From contig CM114271.1 of NCBI GenBank assembly GCA_050084515.1, forward strand, positions 47,740,001 through 47,804,000: a stretch of 64,000 nucleotides of DNA, given 5' to 3'. This document shows, in pieces, positions 48,401 through 60,720 of this stretch (the stretch's first letter is position 1; every line of letters begins with the position of its first letter). A program made the translations under genes and the position numbers. The stretch comes from Blasia pusilla. Lineage: Eukaryota. Below the pieces are notes generated by a model. The model was not told where the DNA came from and searched no databases. It worked only from the letters and a program-made list of their open reading frames with translations.

Positions 48401-51230
48401 TGAAAGAAAATGCTTTCGGGAGATGTTAAGGAGACATGGTAAGGCTTTCTCTTTTACTACACAAGAAATTGGTTGTGTAGACACGAATGTGGTGGCACCG
48501 ATGGTAATTTTCACAGTTCCACATGTGCCTTGGGATTTGAAACCCATACCAGTACCACGAGCTATGATTCCCAAGCTGATTGAGTTATTGAAGGAGAAGA
48601 TGCAGATGGGTATCTTAGAGCCATCTATGGGGCCTTACTCGAGTCGATGGTTCACTGTGCCGAAGAAATCAAGAGCTCTCCGGTTCATTCAAGATATGCA
48701 ACGGAAAATAAGGTAACCATTCAAAATATGGGAGCAGGGCCTAGAATAGATGAAGTCGCAGAAGCTTTTGCAGCCCGTGCTATCTATTCTATAGGAGATT
48801 TGCACTCGGGATATGATCAATTTCAATTAGCTACAAAGAGTAGAGATATTACCACTATACGCACTCCACTTGGGCTTGTAAGAATGTGCACATTACCTCA
48901 AGGAGCAACAAATTCTGTCGCTCACATGCAGAGTGCAATGAATAAGATCTTGAGAGAGTTCATTCCTGAGAAAACCATTCCTTTTGTAGATGATATCCTA
49001 TAAAGGGTGTGCAATAGAAGATAGGTTTGAGAGGGTTGTGAAAGATGGCTGTAGAAAGTTTGTGTCTGATCATATTCGAGATGTGGATATGATCCTAACA
49101 AGACTAGAAGAGGTCAATCTTACTCTTTCTGGAGAAAAAGTGTAGCTTTGGGGTTCCTCAGATCGTGGTAGTGGGTCATCTTTGTGGAGAGTTTGGCTGA
49201 AAACCAAATCCAGCAAAAGTTGATATCATTGGGAGGATACGAGAATGCGAAAACGTCACCGAAGTGAGAAGGTTTTTAGGAGCTTGTGTGTTCTATCAAG
49301 TGTGGATTCCTCATTTGGGCCACATATCTGATCCTTTGTATGAGTTGTTGAGAAAGAAGAAGAAGTTCACTTGGGAGAAGAAGCAAAGAGCAGCAATGAT
49401 GCAGTTGAAGGAGGCATTGAAGTCGCCACCAGTTCTACGACAAATGAGCTACGAATGCGGATGACCTATTATCATCACAGTGGACACTAGCCCTATTGCT
49501 ATCGGATGGGCAGTTGGGTAGGATGACGCGGAAGGAAGAAGATTTGCGACAAGGTTTGGAGCTCGTACACTTACGGAACGACAGAGGAGGTACCCTCAAG
49601 TAAAGAGGGAGCTTTGGGGAGTTGTAACTGCAATGAAAGCTGAGAAGGAGTATCTTATGGGAGCCTATGTATTGCTTGAGGTTGATTGTCTACCTTTGTT
49701 AGGTATGATTGCGATTTGTACGACTCCAGATATAGCCATGCTACGTTGGATAGCCTACATTAGGTCCTTGAATCCACAATTGAAGCATATAGCTGGGAAA
49801 GAGAACTCAATAGCTGACATGTCTAGAGCTAGATTTAGTCAAGAAGAAGATATGGAGGCAACTGAGATAGATGAGGATGATGCACATGTGTGGCAAGTGT
49901 TATCTCAAGAACGAGGTGGCATAGAGGATGTTCTAGCCTTCAAAGAGGATTTGTATGAGGGCAGGTTAAAAGAAATTGGGCGCTATTTAAGCACTCTGCA
50001 AAGAGATGGAGGGTGGACAGAAAAGTTCTTCAAGGAGATTCGGCACAAGGCGTATGGCTATCTACTACAAGATGGATATCTTTGGAAAAGGCCAAAGAGG
50101 AAAGATGGAATGCCCTTGAGGGTGGTGGATGACAATGGGACAAAAATGGAAGTGCTCAAAGAATTCCACAATTCTTTATGGGCAGGTCACAGAGGTACTT
50201 GGGCAACTTTCACCAAGATAAAAGAGAGGTATTGGTGGAAAGGCCTATATAAGGATGTTGAGAGATATGTTGGGTCGTGTGTTGAATGTCAGTTTCAATA
50301 AAAAATCAGAGTGAGAGATGGACTTAAACCCACGTATCCTTTGTCTATTCATCATCAATGGGTTATAGATCTAGTTGCTATGCCACTAGGTCTTTGGGGA
50401 ATGCGTTACCTGGTCCTAGCACGAGAAGAGTTGTCCAACTTTGTAGAAGGGAGGGCTTTACGGGCTAAAACAACAGAGCCTATATGTCGTTTTATTCTAG
50501 AGGATATTGTTGCTAGATATGGGAGTGTCGGGAGAATCCGTGCAGATAGAGGTGAGTTGAATGCGGAGGAAGCACGAGAGTTCTTCAGGAGATATGGAGT
50601 CGATTGAGATTAACAACCTCCATGAACAGGAGGCAAACGGCAAGAGCGAAGGGGACATCCGCCAATCATTCAAGCATTGGTAAAGGCGTGTGGAGATCGT
50701 TATGATGATTGGCCTAGATTACTTCCATTTGCTTTATGGGCAGATAGAACCACTCACAGCACCGTTATAGGGTTCATGCCTCTGAGTTGACAGTCAAAAG
50801 CCGATAATGCCAAAGCAGAAGGAGATATACCCACTTTGATGGGTTTGTCGTGGGACGACGGGCTCAATAGGAAGAGCTCCTACAACTTCAAAAAAATGCA
50901 CTAGAGAGCGGGAAGAGGATATTGCGAAGCGTTAGTCGAGAATGAAGGAAGCAAGGTTGAAAAATAAGGAGCGCATCGACAAAACTCGCCGGCTTCGGAA
51001 GGAGCCGATAAGAGAAGGAGATTGGGTCTTGGTGCACGACAAGCGACCTTGACAACCAAAGATAGTACACCAAGAAGTTTGCAAGTCGTTGGTTTGGTCC
51101 ATATGTTATAGTCTTTGCTTTTGACAATGCCACTTACAAACTACGTGAACTAGATGGCACAATTCTCAAGCGCCCATTGCGGGGAAAAAGGGTCAAGATT
51201 TTCCGTGAGCGTGAAGGATTTCTTGATTTC
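45446..51230 (+). pseudogene. gag-protease and pol (RT, RNase H, integrase) of family A, with many 1-nt frameshifts
   Basis: Zn knuckle CIWCDSVEHQRREC; protease LLVDHGSEINIM; RT DLHSGYDQF, LPQGATNSVAHMQ, FVDDI; RNase H TVDTSPIAIG; integrase H..GH..C..C, WVIDLVAMP, IRADRGE. Confidence 0.9.
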
Positions 51231-51330
51231 GATTGAATGTGTCTACAGGCACAATATAAGTAAGTCTATAGCAAGAAGTCTTGATGTTTTTGGAGATCTG
51301 GGAGGATGTGCAGGGTTTGGAGGGGGTGAA

Positions 51331-52605
51331 TGTCGTATAGTAAAATCAACCAGTGTGTAAACTCCTTCGTCATTAAATGTTAGATAGAGTTTCATTAGTA
51401 TTAAGTAAATTGGCTTAGAAAAAGGAGATTCTTATGTTTAAACCTCTTTATGGTGCCTCTTTTATGCGGGCCCAACTTTAGGAAAAAGAGGTAATAAATA
51501 AAAGATGACTTTATAAAAGTAAAGTAGTTGCTTTAATGAAAAGCAAAAGTAGTCTTGGTTGGTGGCTAGGTTAGTTGGGGTAATTTGGAAAATATCATGT
51601 GGGTAAAAGAGGATATTTTGGAAGAGATAAGAGGAAATCTACTTGTGTCAAAATGTGATTGGCTAAGCCTTGGGAGGAAGCCATGTGGCACAAGATAAGA
51701 TAAGCTCTATTTCGTACTCTTGTGGATCCCTTGTGAGTATATAAAGAGGAGGGACCTTCAAGGGTTCATCACCTTCTATTCCACATCTTGAGTCTCTCGT
51801 GTCTCTCTTGAGTGTATGGCTTTGGGATTGCTTGCTCTTCCAATGAGAGTGGATCACCCCTCTTGGGAGAGTAACTTGACTATGGTCTATTCTTTGAGAG
51901 ATTTCTAGAGTGTGGTGTGTGTGTGTGTGGGGATGAGAGGTTTTTCACCGTAGAGGAGTTTGGTCATACTAAAATAGCGGAAGTTTTGACTTGTTACTTC
52001 CCCAATGAGAGTGGATTACCCCTCTTGGGAGAATAAGTCCGCCAAAACCCATTCTTGAGGAGAGTAGAGAATGTGTGTCAAGCATGGATAGGGGTGGAGC
52101 ACGAGTTGTGCCCGACTTTCCTTTCCTCAATCCTTACCATGTCAAGGTACTCTTTGTAGATAGGCACTGGTTCACTCACTATTTAGTTTATCACTTTGGG
52201 GAGGCGTTCATGAACCAGGTCATGCAATCTCCAACTCCGGTGATTCTTCCTATCGTCATATATGGAAGGACATGGGATTGTACTTTGTATGTCCTTATGT
52301 AGCGATCCATGGATGTCAATAGGCCTGGTCAAGTAGGGTTTCACACTAGTTGTGCTATCTTCCTCGTGTACAAACGTAAAATAGTTTATAGGGATTTTAT
52401 AGTTAGGAATTTTGGGGTCCGATGTTACGAAGAAGTGATCGCCTCGGCACTTCCATTTGTGATACCTGTCGTGAGAGAATGGAGAGTGTACATCATAATT
52501 TTGTATTGAAAAAGGAGAACTTATTAGAGAGTTCACCTTGCATCGACCGCATCTACCGTAGCTAGAAGGCCCGCCCTTGCTCGAAGAAAGATTCTCGACA
52601 CGACA
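51331..52605 (+). repeat. 3' LTR of family A element
   Basis: Direct repeat of 44107-45381, preceded by a polypurine tract. Confidence 0.95.
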
Positions 52606-54202
52606 ACGGTCTACTCCTAGAAGTCAAGGATAAATCCTTGGGGATATAACACTATACTCCCCACCAACACATTATACGACTCACCTGGTTTCGTATTCGC
52701 ATATGTGCGCACCATAGCACTATCCGTCGCATGCTTTGGCTGAACTCTGACAATTATCTCTTATCGAGTCATATACTACGTGGGTGACACACCCCCAATT
52801 GAGGTCTGTATGTGGAAGGGACAAGGCTCAATGTCGGCCTTCCGTAACCCCAACACTAAATTCGCCGCCTTCCCTAACATCAAGGGTTGCTCTCTCGAAT
52901 CAAGTAGGATGCACTACGAGTGGTATATTGTCCCCGTCGGACTAACCAAGTGAAATACTCTAGCTCTGTTATCCAATAACACTACTCCAGGTGTCACCAC
53001 AGCTGGCATATCTACCAACTTCACCGGGTAGTTGAGATTGACCCGCCAGAGAGGATCGATGGGTGGCAAGCCAGGGTTCCATAATCATTCACATTATCGG
53101 AGGCACTACACACACCATCGATGGTGCCTCGACGACCATCGGTGAATCCCATACTAGCAAGATCCTCATCCCGGTCAGGGTAAGAGGTAGAAGTTGGAGC
53201 CACACTAGCTGCTCGCGGCTGCGTGCCTTCCCTGAGCTGCATCATTGTCATGGCAGCAATCCTTTGCTCCAACTGATCGATGCGTGAGAGAAGTGCCAGC
53301 TCTGGTGCTCCTACTCCATCTCCTCTTGTTGGTGGTGGTCCTCTACCACCACGTCCACGAACAACTCCTCGACCTCCTCCAAGACGACCGCCCCGAGGCC
53401 CTCAACCTACCTCTGGACATGTCTCTTGTCATGTCTTTTAGGATAGATGAGTGAGATCTAGTAGAGCACCTTCATGAGTAGTGGAGGACATGCTTTGTAG
53501 GTAGAGGATGACCTGCTGCGGCCCCGGGAAACCTTAGAGAGCAGGTTTCCCCTTCGTTTCGGCTCATTTGGAACCATATTTAAGAACTTACTATTTTAGG
53601 TCAGTACCATTTTGAGTATATGATCAACTTTCTATTTTTGGTAAGTGGTCCTTGACCTCCTACATGAGGTCAAGAGCCAAGGAGGTGACTTTGGAGCATA
53701 GGTTACCATGGAGAGAGCTTGGGAGAGGGGAAGGGTATACGTCAAGGAGAGAGAGCTTGAGAGCTCATTCTCTCTTTGACGGCATGAGGCGGCAGAGTTA
53801 TGGTCTTACTCGCCTTATGTGTGTAATCCAAGCCTCACATTAGGAGAGTAGGTTTGGTTTGACATTGAGAGAGACATGTGAGAGTGCACACATTTGAGAG
53901 CTATGGTGTTGAGAGAGATTGGATCTTCATTTACAAAGAGAGAATGAGTGAGTGAGAGAGCTTCATGGGGGAGCTCGCTGGTTGCTTGATGTTTGGTGCA
54001 GGTTTGAGGGACAGTGTTCCCCGCTTCATGGCTCATGGGAGTGCTCACCGAAGCAAGAGCCGTGCAAGTTTGCTGTTTTGCTTTGCTGATTTTTTGTACG
54101 GGAGAGTGGCACGTGGAAGCACTGCCCAATTTTTTATAGGAATTGAGTATGGGGGCGGATTGCTCCATGCCGGTGCTCTCGAGAGCATCATGTAGCTTGC
54201 TG

Positions 54203-54489
54203 ATTTGTGTTCGCATAGGTTTTACATTTTTGTTGGGAGAAATCAATGCGGAAGCGCTGCACAATTTTGTGTAGGAGAAAGAGACATTGGGCTTTACGAC
54301 AGTTTAGGCATTGTCATAGATCATGGAATATTTGATCTAAAAATTTAAAAATATTTTGAATCAAATATTCCAGTAAAAAATGACAATGACTGTCGTAAAG
54401 CCCAATGTCTCTTTCTCCTACACAAAATTGTGCAGCGCTTCCGCATTGATTTCTCCCAACAAAAATGTAAAACCTATGCGAACACAAAT
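54203..54489. repeat. ~290-bp fold-back: ~100-bp perfect inverted arms (54203-54303 / 54389-54489) plus inner short stems
   Basis: ATTTGTGTTCGCATAGG...TTTACGACAGT is the reverse complement of ACTGTCGTAAA...CCTATGCGAACACAAAT. Inner pairs CATTGTCAT/ATGACAATG and TGGAATATTTGA/TCAAATATTCCA. Confidence 0.92.
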
Positions 54490-57416
54490 TTTAGGGTTAA
54501 AATGTTCAAACCCTTTACCAGCCGCCGTGCCCGCGGCAGCCGTCGCCATCATAGTCACTGTCAATGGTCCACCATCAACGGTCAACCATCACTATCAACG
54601 GTCCACGGTCGGCGCCACCGCCGCCTACCGCTGCTTAGAGCGGCGTTCGGCCGTTATCCACCCTTGGTTGCCATTGCCGCCATTACGGAGTGGAGGGTCT
54701 TCCACAACGACCATTGATTCTCTGACTTGCACTGCCGCCACCACGTACTTTGTTTTGGCCGCCACCAACATCGCAGTTTTTTCATCAACCAATGATGGCA
54801 AGTGACCTCGGGTTATGGTGTTTGAGTTCTTATTTTATGCTGCTATGTTGTGATTGGTAGCCGCTGGACGACGATTGAGTATTGTGCCGTGATGCCCGTA
54901 GCCGCAACGCACCGCCGATTGCCGCGTCGTGCCGCTCATGGCTGCACTGCATTGTCTCGATTGCGGAGCCGCTCCTTGAATTGCTGATTGAGGAGGGTAT
55001 CCCGCCAAGTGCCGCACCCCATTCTTGGGTGCCGTGTCGTTTGTAGCCGTTCCCTCGTGCCAATGCCGCATCGTACCGTTGAGCTTGCACCGCACATCGA
55101 GGAGGTTTGAGCAGCGTTAGTACAAGAGGAGTACGACTTACTGATCGGAGGAGTTATCTTCATGACCCAAGTTGGGGTCAAGATTTGCAGTTGCCGAGGA
55201 GCGACATCGACATTATTGTCAGGTTACCCACTCTAGTCTCTTACCCTACACGTGTGAGGGATTTCCGGGTATGGGGAAGTTATTTGGGATATTGGGTTTT
55301 GTGCTAATGCTACGAGCATCGATGATGTATGGGTTTAGGGGACATAGATGTGTATGGGATGTCCACAGTTGAGGAGGGTTTGTCGATGAGACGATAGATC
55401 AGCTGATTTGCCTCATCACACTGCTTGTTGCCGCACAACACACATCTCAGTGAGAGAGTGCAGATTGAGTTCCGCATGTTTATTTTGAGTCATTGAGGGA
55501 TTACTTTCGAGATTGAGAGTGATCGTGTGAGAGGGGCACAAGGGCCATTACGGCGTCCTTTCAAGATTTTGAGAGGCGAGGTAGTGGACATGAGAGTAGC
55601 TCATGAGGGTTTACCCAGAGTGGTGCGAGGTTTTGAGGATCTCCATGTGAGAGACCACCTTGATCTCCTTCCGTGTCATCTTTAGACGAGGGGGAATGTG
55701 TAGAGGAGTGTGTTAGGGATCCACCGTACACATTGAGTGGCCCTACGAGTTGGGCGTATGAGATGGAGGACCGGGGTAGAGGACCGCATAGGTTTTCGGG
55801 TGTTGTAGGCACCATAGAGCTACACAACTTCATTGCCGAGTTTAGGAGTTGGTGTGACTCATAGCGGGCTAGAAACTCTAGAGAGTTCAACACGTTTATA
55901 ACATGGAACAATATGTTTTAGCATTTAGAGGGGGCGCCCATGGACGATTACCATGAGTTCTCCCACAGACATGCCCAAAAGATTTAGGCATAGTGACTCT
56001 ACTATGACGCACACTATGTGTCATGGACGGAGCCGTTCCCAGATGAGGAGGAGGAGTCAAGAGAGGCTTCTTCCTCTTCCACTAGTGATATTTTAGGAGG
56101 GGTCACTCGCACTACAGCAGTGGCATCGTCTAGTCGGGTTCATCCTAAGTTCAACCCCGTCGTTGAGTTCTTCGCTGAGTTGAGGGCGAGCTACCACGGA
56201 TTACGGAAGGAGAAGTTACGGAGCATCCACGACTTCCAGAGGCGCCCGGGTGAGAGTTTGCGTGAGGCTTACACTCACTTGCGCCGGTTGATCAACGTCA
56301 CTCAAGGGGTGATAGAGGCTCAGGCTATCAAGTCATGGTAGACGATGCTAGACCGGACCCTGCGGACACGAGTGCAGGAGGGATGCTTCGTATGAACACC
56401 TCCCCTACGTTGAGAGATGTTCTTAGGACCACCAAGAACATTGAGCGCAACATGGCGGAGGAGAGCGTAGCCACCATGGGTTCGGAGCGAGAGCAGTCAC
56501 GATTGTTTGCACCACCAGTGCAGCAACGTGGACTCCAAGATATGTCGACTGTGGCACCACAAGCTCAAGGAGGATATCGGAAGACCATGCCGCAGAGACC
56601 CGCGCCTTCATATGCGGCTCAGCAATAGCTGCCTACGATTACTTGTTGGTCATGTGGTGGGGCCCATCATCAGCGCGATTGCACTCATCAGGGTTATGGA
56701 CATGTGCCTCAACATGGCGGAGGAGATGGTGTTGTACCAAAAGGTTATCAGTGTGACAATTGTCAGAGGTATGATCACACATGGACTAGGTGTTTCAGTT
56801 TATATCCTAAGTTACATCCGGATGGAGGGCCAGAGAGAGCACCAGAGTAAGAAGTCGGTCTCGTGGGCTAGAGATCGTGCACCAGGTGGTCCCGTTGGGG
56901 GATGAGGAGCTGGAGTTTCCCGACAAGGTCATGGAGCTGCCCATGAAGGAGGTAAAGTCCCACCACCTAGACGCATCAAAGGAGACACCGAGCGTGAGGC
57001 TGGGATGGCTGCTCAGATACACCAACTACAGGAGCAGATTGCCGCTATGGCATTGAGGTAACTCCATGTCGGATCCGTGGTATGGACATCATATGGAGCA
57101 GCCAGAGATATGGAGGATCCTGGTTGGATGTGTGGGATTGACTAGATGGAGGTCGTCGTAGTTATGACGCGTGAAGCAGCCGTAGAGTTGGATTCACAGC
57201 GAGGGAAGCCAGAAAACATACTAGGCTTCCTCTGTCTTTCACGTTGTCCAATGCGATGAGGACCCCATCGATGGGTCCTGATCATAGTTCTTGGAGAGTT
57301 GATGATGTTGTTGGAGTGCAGGCATGGAGGGAAATGGGAGAAGCGAGTGTGACGACTCCTATTGCTGATGCTCATGAGGGGCATGTGTCGAGCATGTTGT
57401 TGGGGGCGGCCACCGT

Positions 57417-58696
57417 TGTCGTGTCGAGAGTCTTTCTTCGAGTAAGGGCAGGCCTTCTAGCTGCGATAGACGCGGTCGATGCAAGATAAACTCTTTGAGA
57501 AGATCTCCTTTTTCAATATAAAATTATTATGTATATTCTCCATTCTCTCACGACATGTATCACAAATGGAAGTGCCGAGGCGATCACTTCTTCGTAACAT
57601 CGGACCCTGAAATTCCTAACTATAAAATCCCTATAAACTATTTTATGCTTATATACGAGGAAGATAGCACAACTAGTATTAAACCCTACTTGAGGAGGCC
57701 TATTGACGTCCATGAATTGCTATATAAGAACATACAAAGTACAAACCCATGTCCTTCCATATGTGATGATAGGAAGGATCACCCGAGTTGGAGATTGAAT
57801 AACCTGGTTCTTGAACGCCTCCCCAAAGTGATAAGCTAAATAGCGAGTGAACCAGTACCTATCTACAAAGAGTATCTTGACATGATATGGATTAAGGAAA
57901 GGAAATTCGGGCACAACTCGTGCTCCACCCCTATCCATGTTTGACAGACATTCTCTACTCTCCTCAAGAACGGGTTTTGGTGTAGTTATTCTCCCAAGAA
58001 GGGTAATCCACTCTCATTGGAGAAGTAACAAGCCAAAATATTCACTATTTTAGTATGACTAAACTTCTCTAAGATGACAAACCTCTCATCTCCACACACA
58101 CACACATCACACTCTAAAAACCTCTCAAAGAATAGACCATGGTCAAGTTACTCTCCCAAGAGGGGTGACGCACTCTCATTGGAAGAGCAAGCAATCCCAA
58201 AGTCATACACTTAAGAGTGACACAAAGACTCAAGATATGGAATAGAAGGTGATGAACCCTTGAAGGTCCCTCCTCTTTATATATTCACAAGAGACCCACA
58301 AGAGTACGAAATAGAGCTAATCTTATCTTATGCCACACGGCTTCCTCTCAAGGCTTAGCCAATCACATTTTGAAACAATTAGATTTCTTCTTATCTCTTC
58401 CAAAATATCCTCTTTTACCCACTTGATATTTTCCAAATTACCCCAACTAACTTAGCCACCAACCTAGCCTACTTTCGCTTTTCATTAAAACACCAACCTC
58501 ACTACTTTACTTTGATAAAGTCATCTTTTATTTATTACCTCTTTTCTAAAGTTGGGCCCGCATAAAAGAGGCACCATAAAGAGGTTTAAACATGGAAATT
58601 TCCTTTTTCTAAGCTAATTTACTTAATACCAATAAAACTCTATCTAAGACTTAACAAGGAAGGAGTTTACACACTGGCTGATTTTACTATACGACA
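57417..58696 (-). mobile_element. Solo LTR of family A nested in family D copy 2
   Basis: TGTCGTGTCG...CTATACGACA, homologous to 9091-10360. Flanks are CCGT (57413-57416) and TCGT (58697-58700), a TSD with one C>T change. Confidence 0.92.
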
Positions 58697-59759
58697 TCGT
58701 TTTGTATTGCGCTTCTTTATTTTTTGCTTCCGATGTTATGACGTTGGGAGGTATGCCCGCCGAGGTTTTCCGGCTAGCTGCTAGGCTATGTGAGAGTGGA
58801 GTTGGAGTTCCTGCATCACGTTCAGAGGTGATTGCAAAGGAGGTGATAGACCTGCCCTTGGAGCTGATGCTTTGGCCGTCCATGTTAGATTCATGGCACG
58901 ATGCAGCTGTTAGGATGGCAAAGATGCCCACTAGATCCACGATAGAGCGTGCCATGGCTTCTCGTGGTATTGTGTTGTTGCATAAACAAGGAGAGGTCTT
59001 CCAATTGGTGAGTCCCGGAGGTAGAGCTTTTAGTCCGCAACACGCCTTGTTGGATTCAGGAGCGCAATCCTTGATGTTGGGGAAAGCATCATTCAGAGGA
59101 TTGGGCTTCACTAGAGCCGATGTGGAGCGTTGTCCATTCCGGATACAAACATCCTTAGGTGGAGCAAGTACCACACAATATATCACCCGACAGGAGGTCA
59201 TGGTGAGGATTTGCATGGGACATCCTATAGATGAGTCCGTGGTGCGAGCCAAGGCGATAGTGACTGATGTAGAGTCCTACGATGTCTTGGTTGGTGGAGC
59301 ACTGTTATATCCGATGGGGTTTTTCGTCGATTACTAGGAGGAGTCAACGTCCTACAAACTAGGATGGCACTCAGGTGATGGGCGCTTTAGCTCATTACTC
59401 GTTCGATTCACAGGTGCAGTGATCGAGCGGCGGCCAGGAGAGATGGCGACCTTAGCAACATTTAGCAGTGCCATCACTTGGCCTAGTGATTTGATTGAGG
59501 GACATGTCCATGCAGAGGATACTCCCGTTCCTATAATTTCTATGGAGAGGAGTGTCATGGTAGCTGCATCAGTCTATGGAGGAGAGGTGCCGCTTTGGGG
59601 TTCGACCAAGTAGCTTCAACGCTTAGCCACTGAGCATGTGCAGACCGCGCGGAGCGAGACGTTTGCACTAGAGTGTGATGGGTTGTAGAAACCCCATGTA
59701 TGCAGGAGTGCTGCTATGACCCCTTTGGACACCACCCCGATTGTGTGGTGCATCCCGGA

Positions 59760-60720
59760 AGAGGGTATTTGGGTGTTGGATCTCTTTGGAGGGATTAGCA
59801 TTGGGTTAGCTCTTGTTTTGCACGCTAGAGTGTGCGTGCAGAAGTACCTGTATGTGGAGATTGATGATGTTACCAGGCGCGCTTCACTTCACTATATGGC
59901 ACAGTTACGCCTCTGTTTTCTTGACTTGTTGTCTACGTTCGCCACTCAGGCTTACCAGAGTTCCCTACCGAGGGACATTTCATTGTTGGGGGCGTAGGAC
60001 TTGGAGCGGGTAGGGACCATAGACTTGGTCATTGCAGGTTGCCGTGTCATGGCCAATCGAGTGTTGGACGAGGTAGAGGGTTAGCTAACACTCAGTCCAG
60101 GTTGTTTTGGGAGATGATGTGGATCTTGCAACATTTACACGAGAATCAGCCTCGTTCTCCAACATACATTTTGGAGAATGTGCCAATTTTGGGTGATTCG
60201 AGGTCCCGCGTGGTGATGAGTGCACATCAGGTGCACGCATGGATTGGCCCGACAGTGTTCTTAGATGTGACGAGTGTAGGTTCTAGAGCACACCGCCCGC
60301 GTCTTTGGTAGACCAACTTGGTACCACATGAGGTGTTGCGGAGGGCTTATGCAAGAGTGGAGTGTCCCTCCGATTTGTTGGTGGATTCTATATTAGATCC
60401 GGGCCGTCGATCATAGGCAGTGAGGCTAGATGATCAATCGCCGTTGATTGTGGTCAACAAGAATGGCAGGCTTTCTCACATTGGTGAGTTTTCCCGCTTC
60501 CTATGCATTTAAGGAGGCCGAACCTGGCTTGGTTTGGGATGACCAAGTATAGAGGTTGGTGCAGCCCAACGCCGATGAGCGAGAGCGAGAGATGGAATTC
60601 CCCATGGAAGTGACGGCAGTATCGTCACCATTAGAGGCATCAAGATGTCATGTCTTGGGTCAGGTGATGGACCTGAAGTGCTTGATATGGATTTTCAGCT
60701 TAGGAGTAGCTGAGCAGCGT
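59760..60720 (+). pseudogene. DNMT3-like C5 cytosine DNA methyltransferase domain within pol
   Basis: Motif I VLDLFGGISIG; II YVEID; IV IDLVIAG[W]PCHGQS (1-nt deletion at ~60040); VI YILENV; VIII GSRAHRPRLW*TNL; IX-X EREREMEFP..T..RCHVLGQVMD. The motifs are in canonical order. Confidence 0.9.

Larger units (their letters stand above)
44107..52605 (+). mobile_element. Full-length Ty3/gypsy LTR retrotransposon (family A), no chromodomain seen
   Basis: 1275-bp LTRs at 44107-45381 and 51331-52605; TSD ACGG (44103-44106, 52606-52609); primer binding site TGGTGCTTCC at 45385; polypurine tract GGAGGGGGTGAA before 51331; gag-PR-RT-RH-INT inside. Confidence 0.95.
39807..53420 (-). mobile_element. Ty3/gypsy retrotransposon with a DNMT remnant and PHD finger (family D, copy 1); 5'-truncated, internally deleted, interrupted by the family A element
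   Basis: Minus-strand order: gag tail (~53000-53420), protease (ILLDSREQPLMLG, ~52610-52920), DNMT motifs (43270-43690), RT (RRMCGDY, LPFGLRNA, YIDNIL; 42511-42993), RNase H, integrase (VLTDQG, GLAERVVQT), PHD (~40125-40265), then a polypurine tract followed by TGTG at 40043. The left limit of the 3' LTR is approximate. Confidence 0.82.

Noticed and set aside
54830-55450. 5' LTR of family D copy 2
   Set aside because: I found no match to the 3' LTR region of copy 1 and no clear TG..CA plus primer site, and the partner LTR lies outside the window.
59760-60720. Host DNMT3/DRM gene or a bacterial restriction-modification contaminant
   Set aside because: It is intronless, in frame with a retroviral-type protease, flanked by gag and RT/integrase, and repeated at the same position in a second element.
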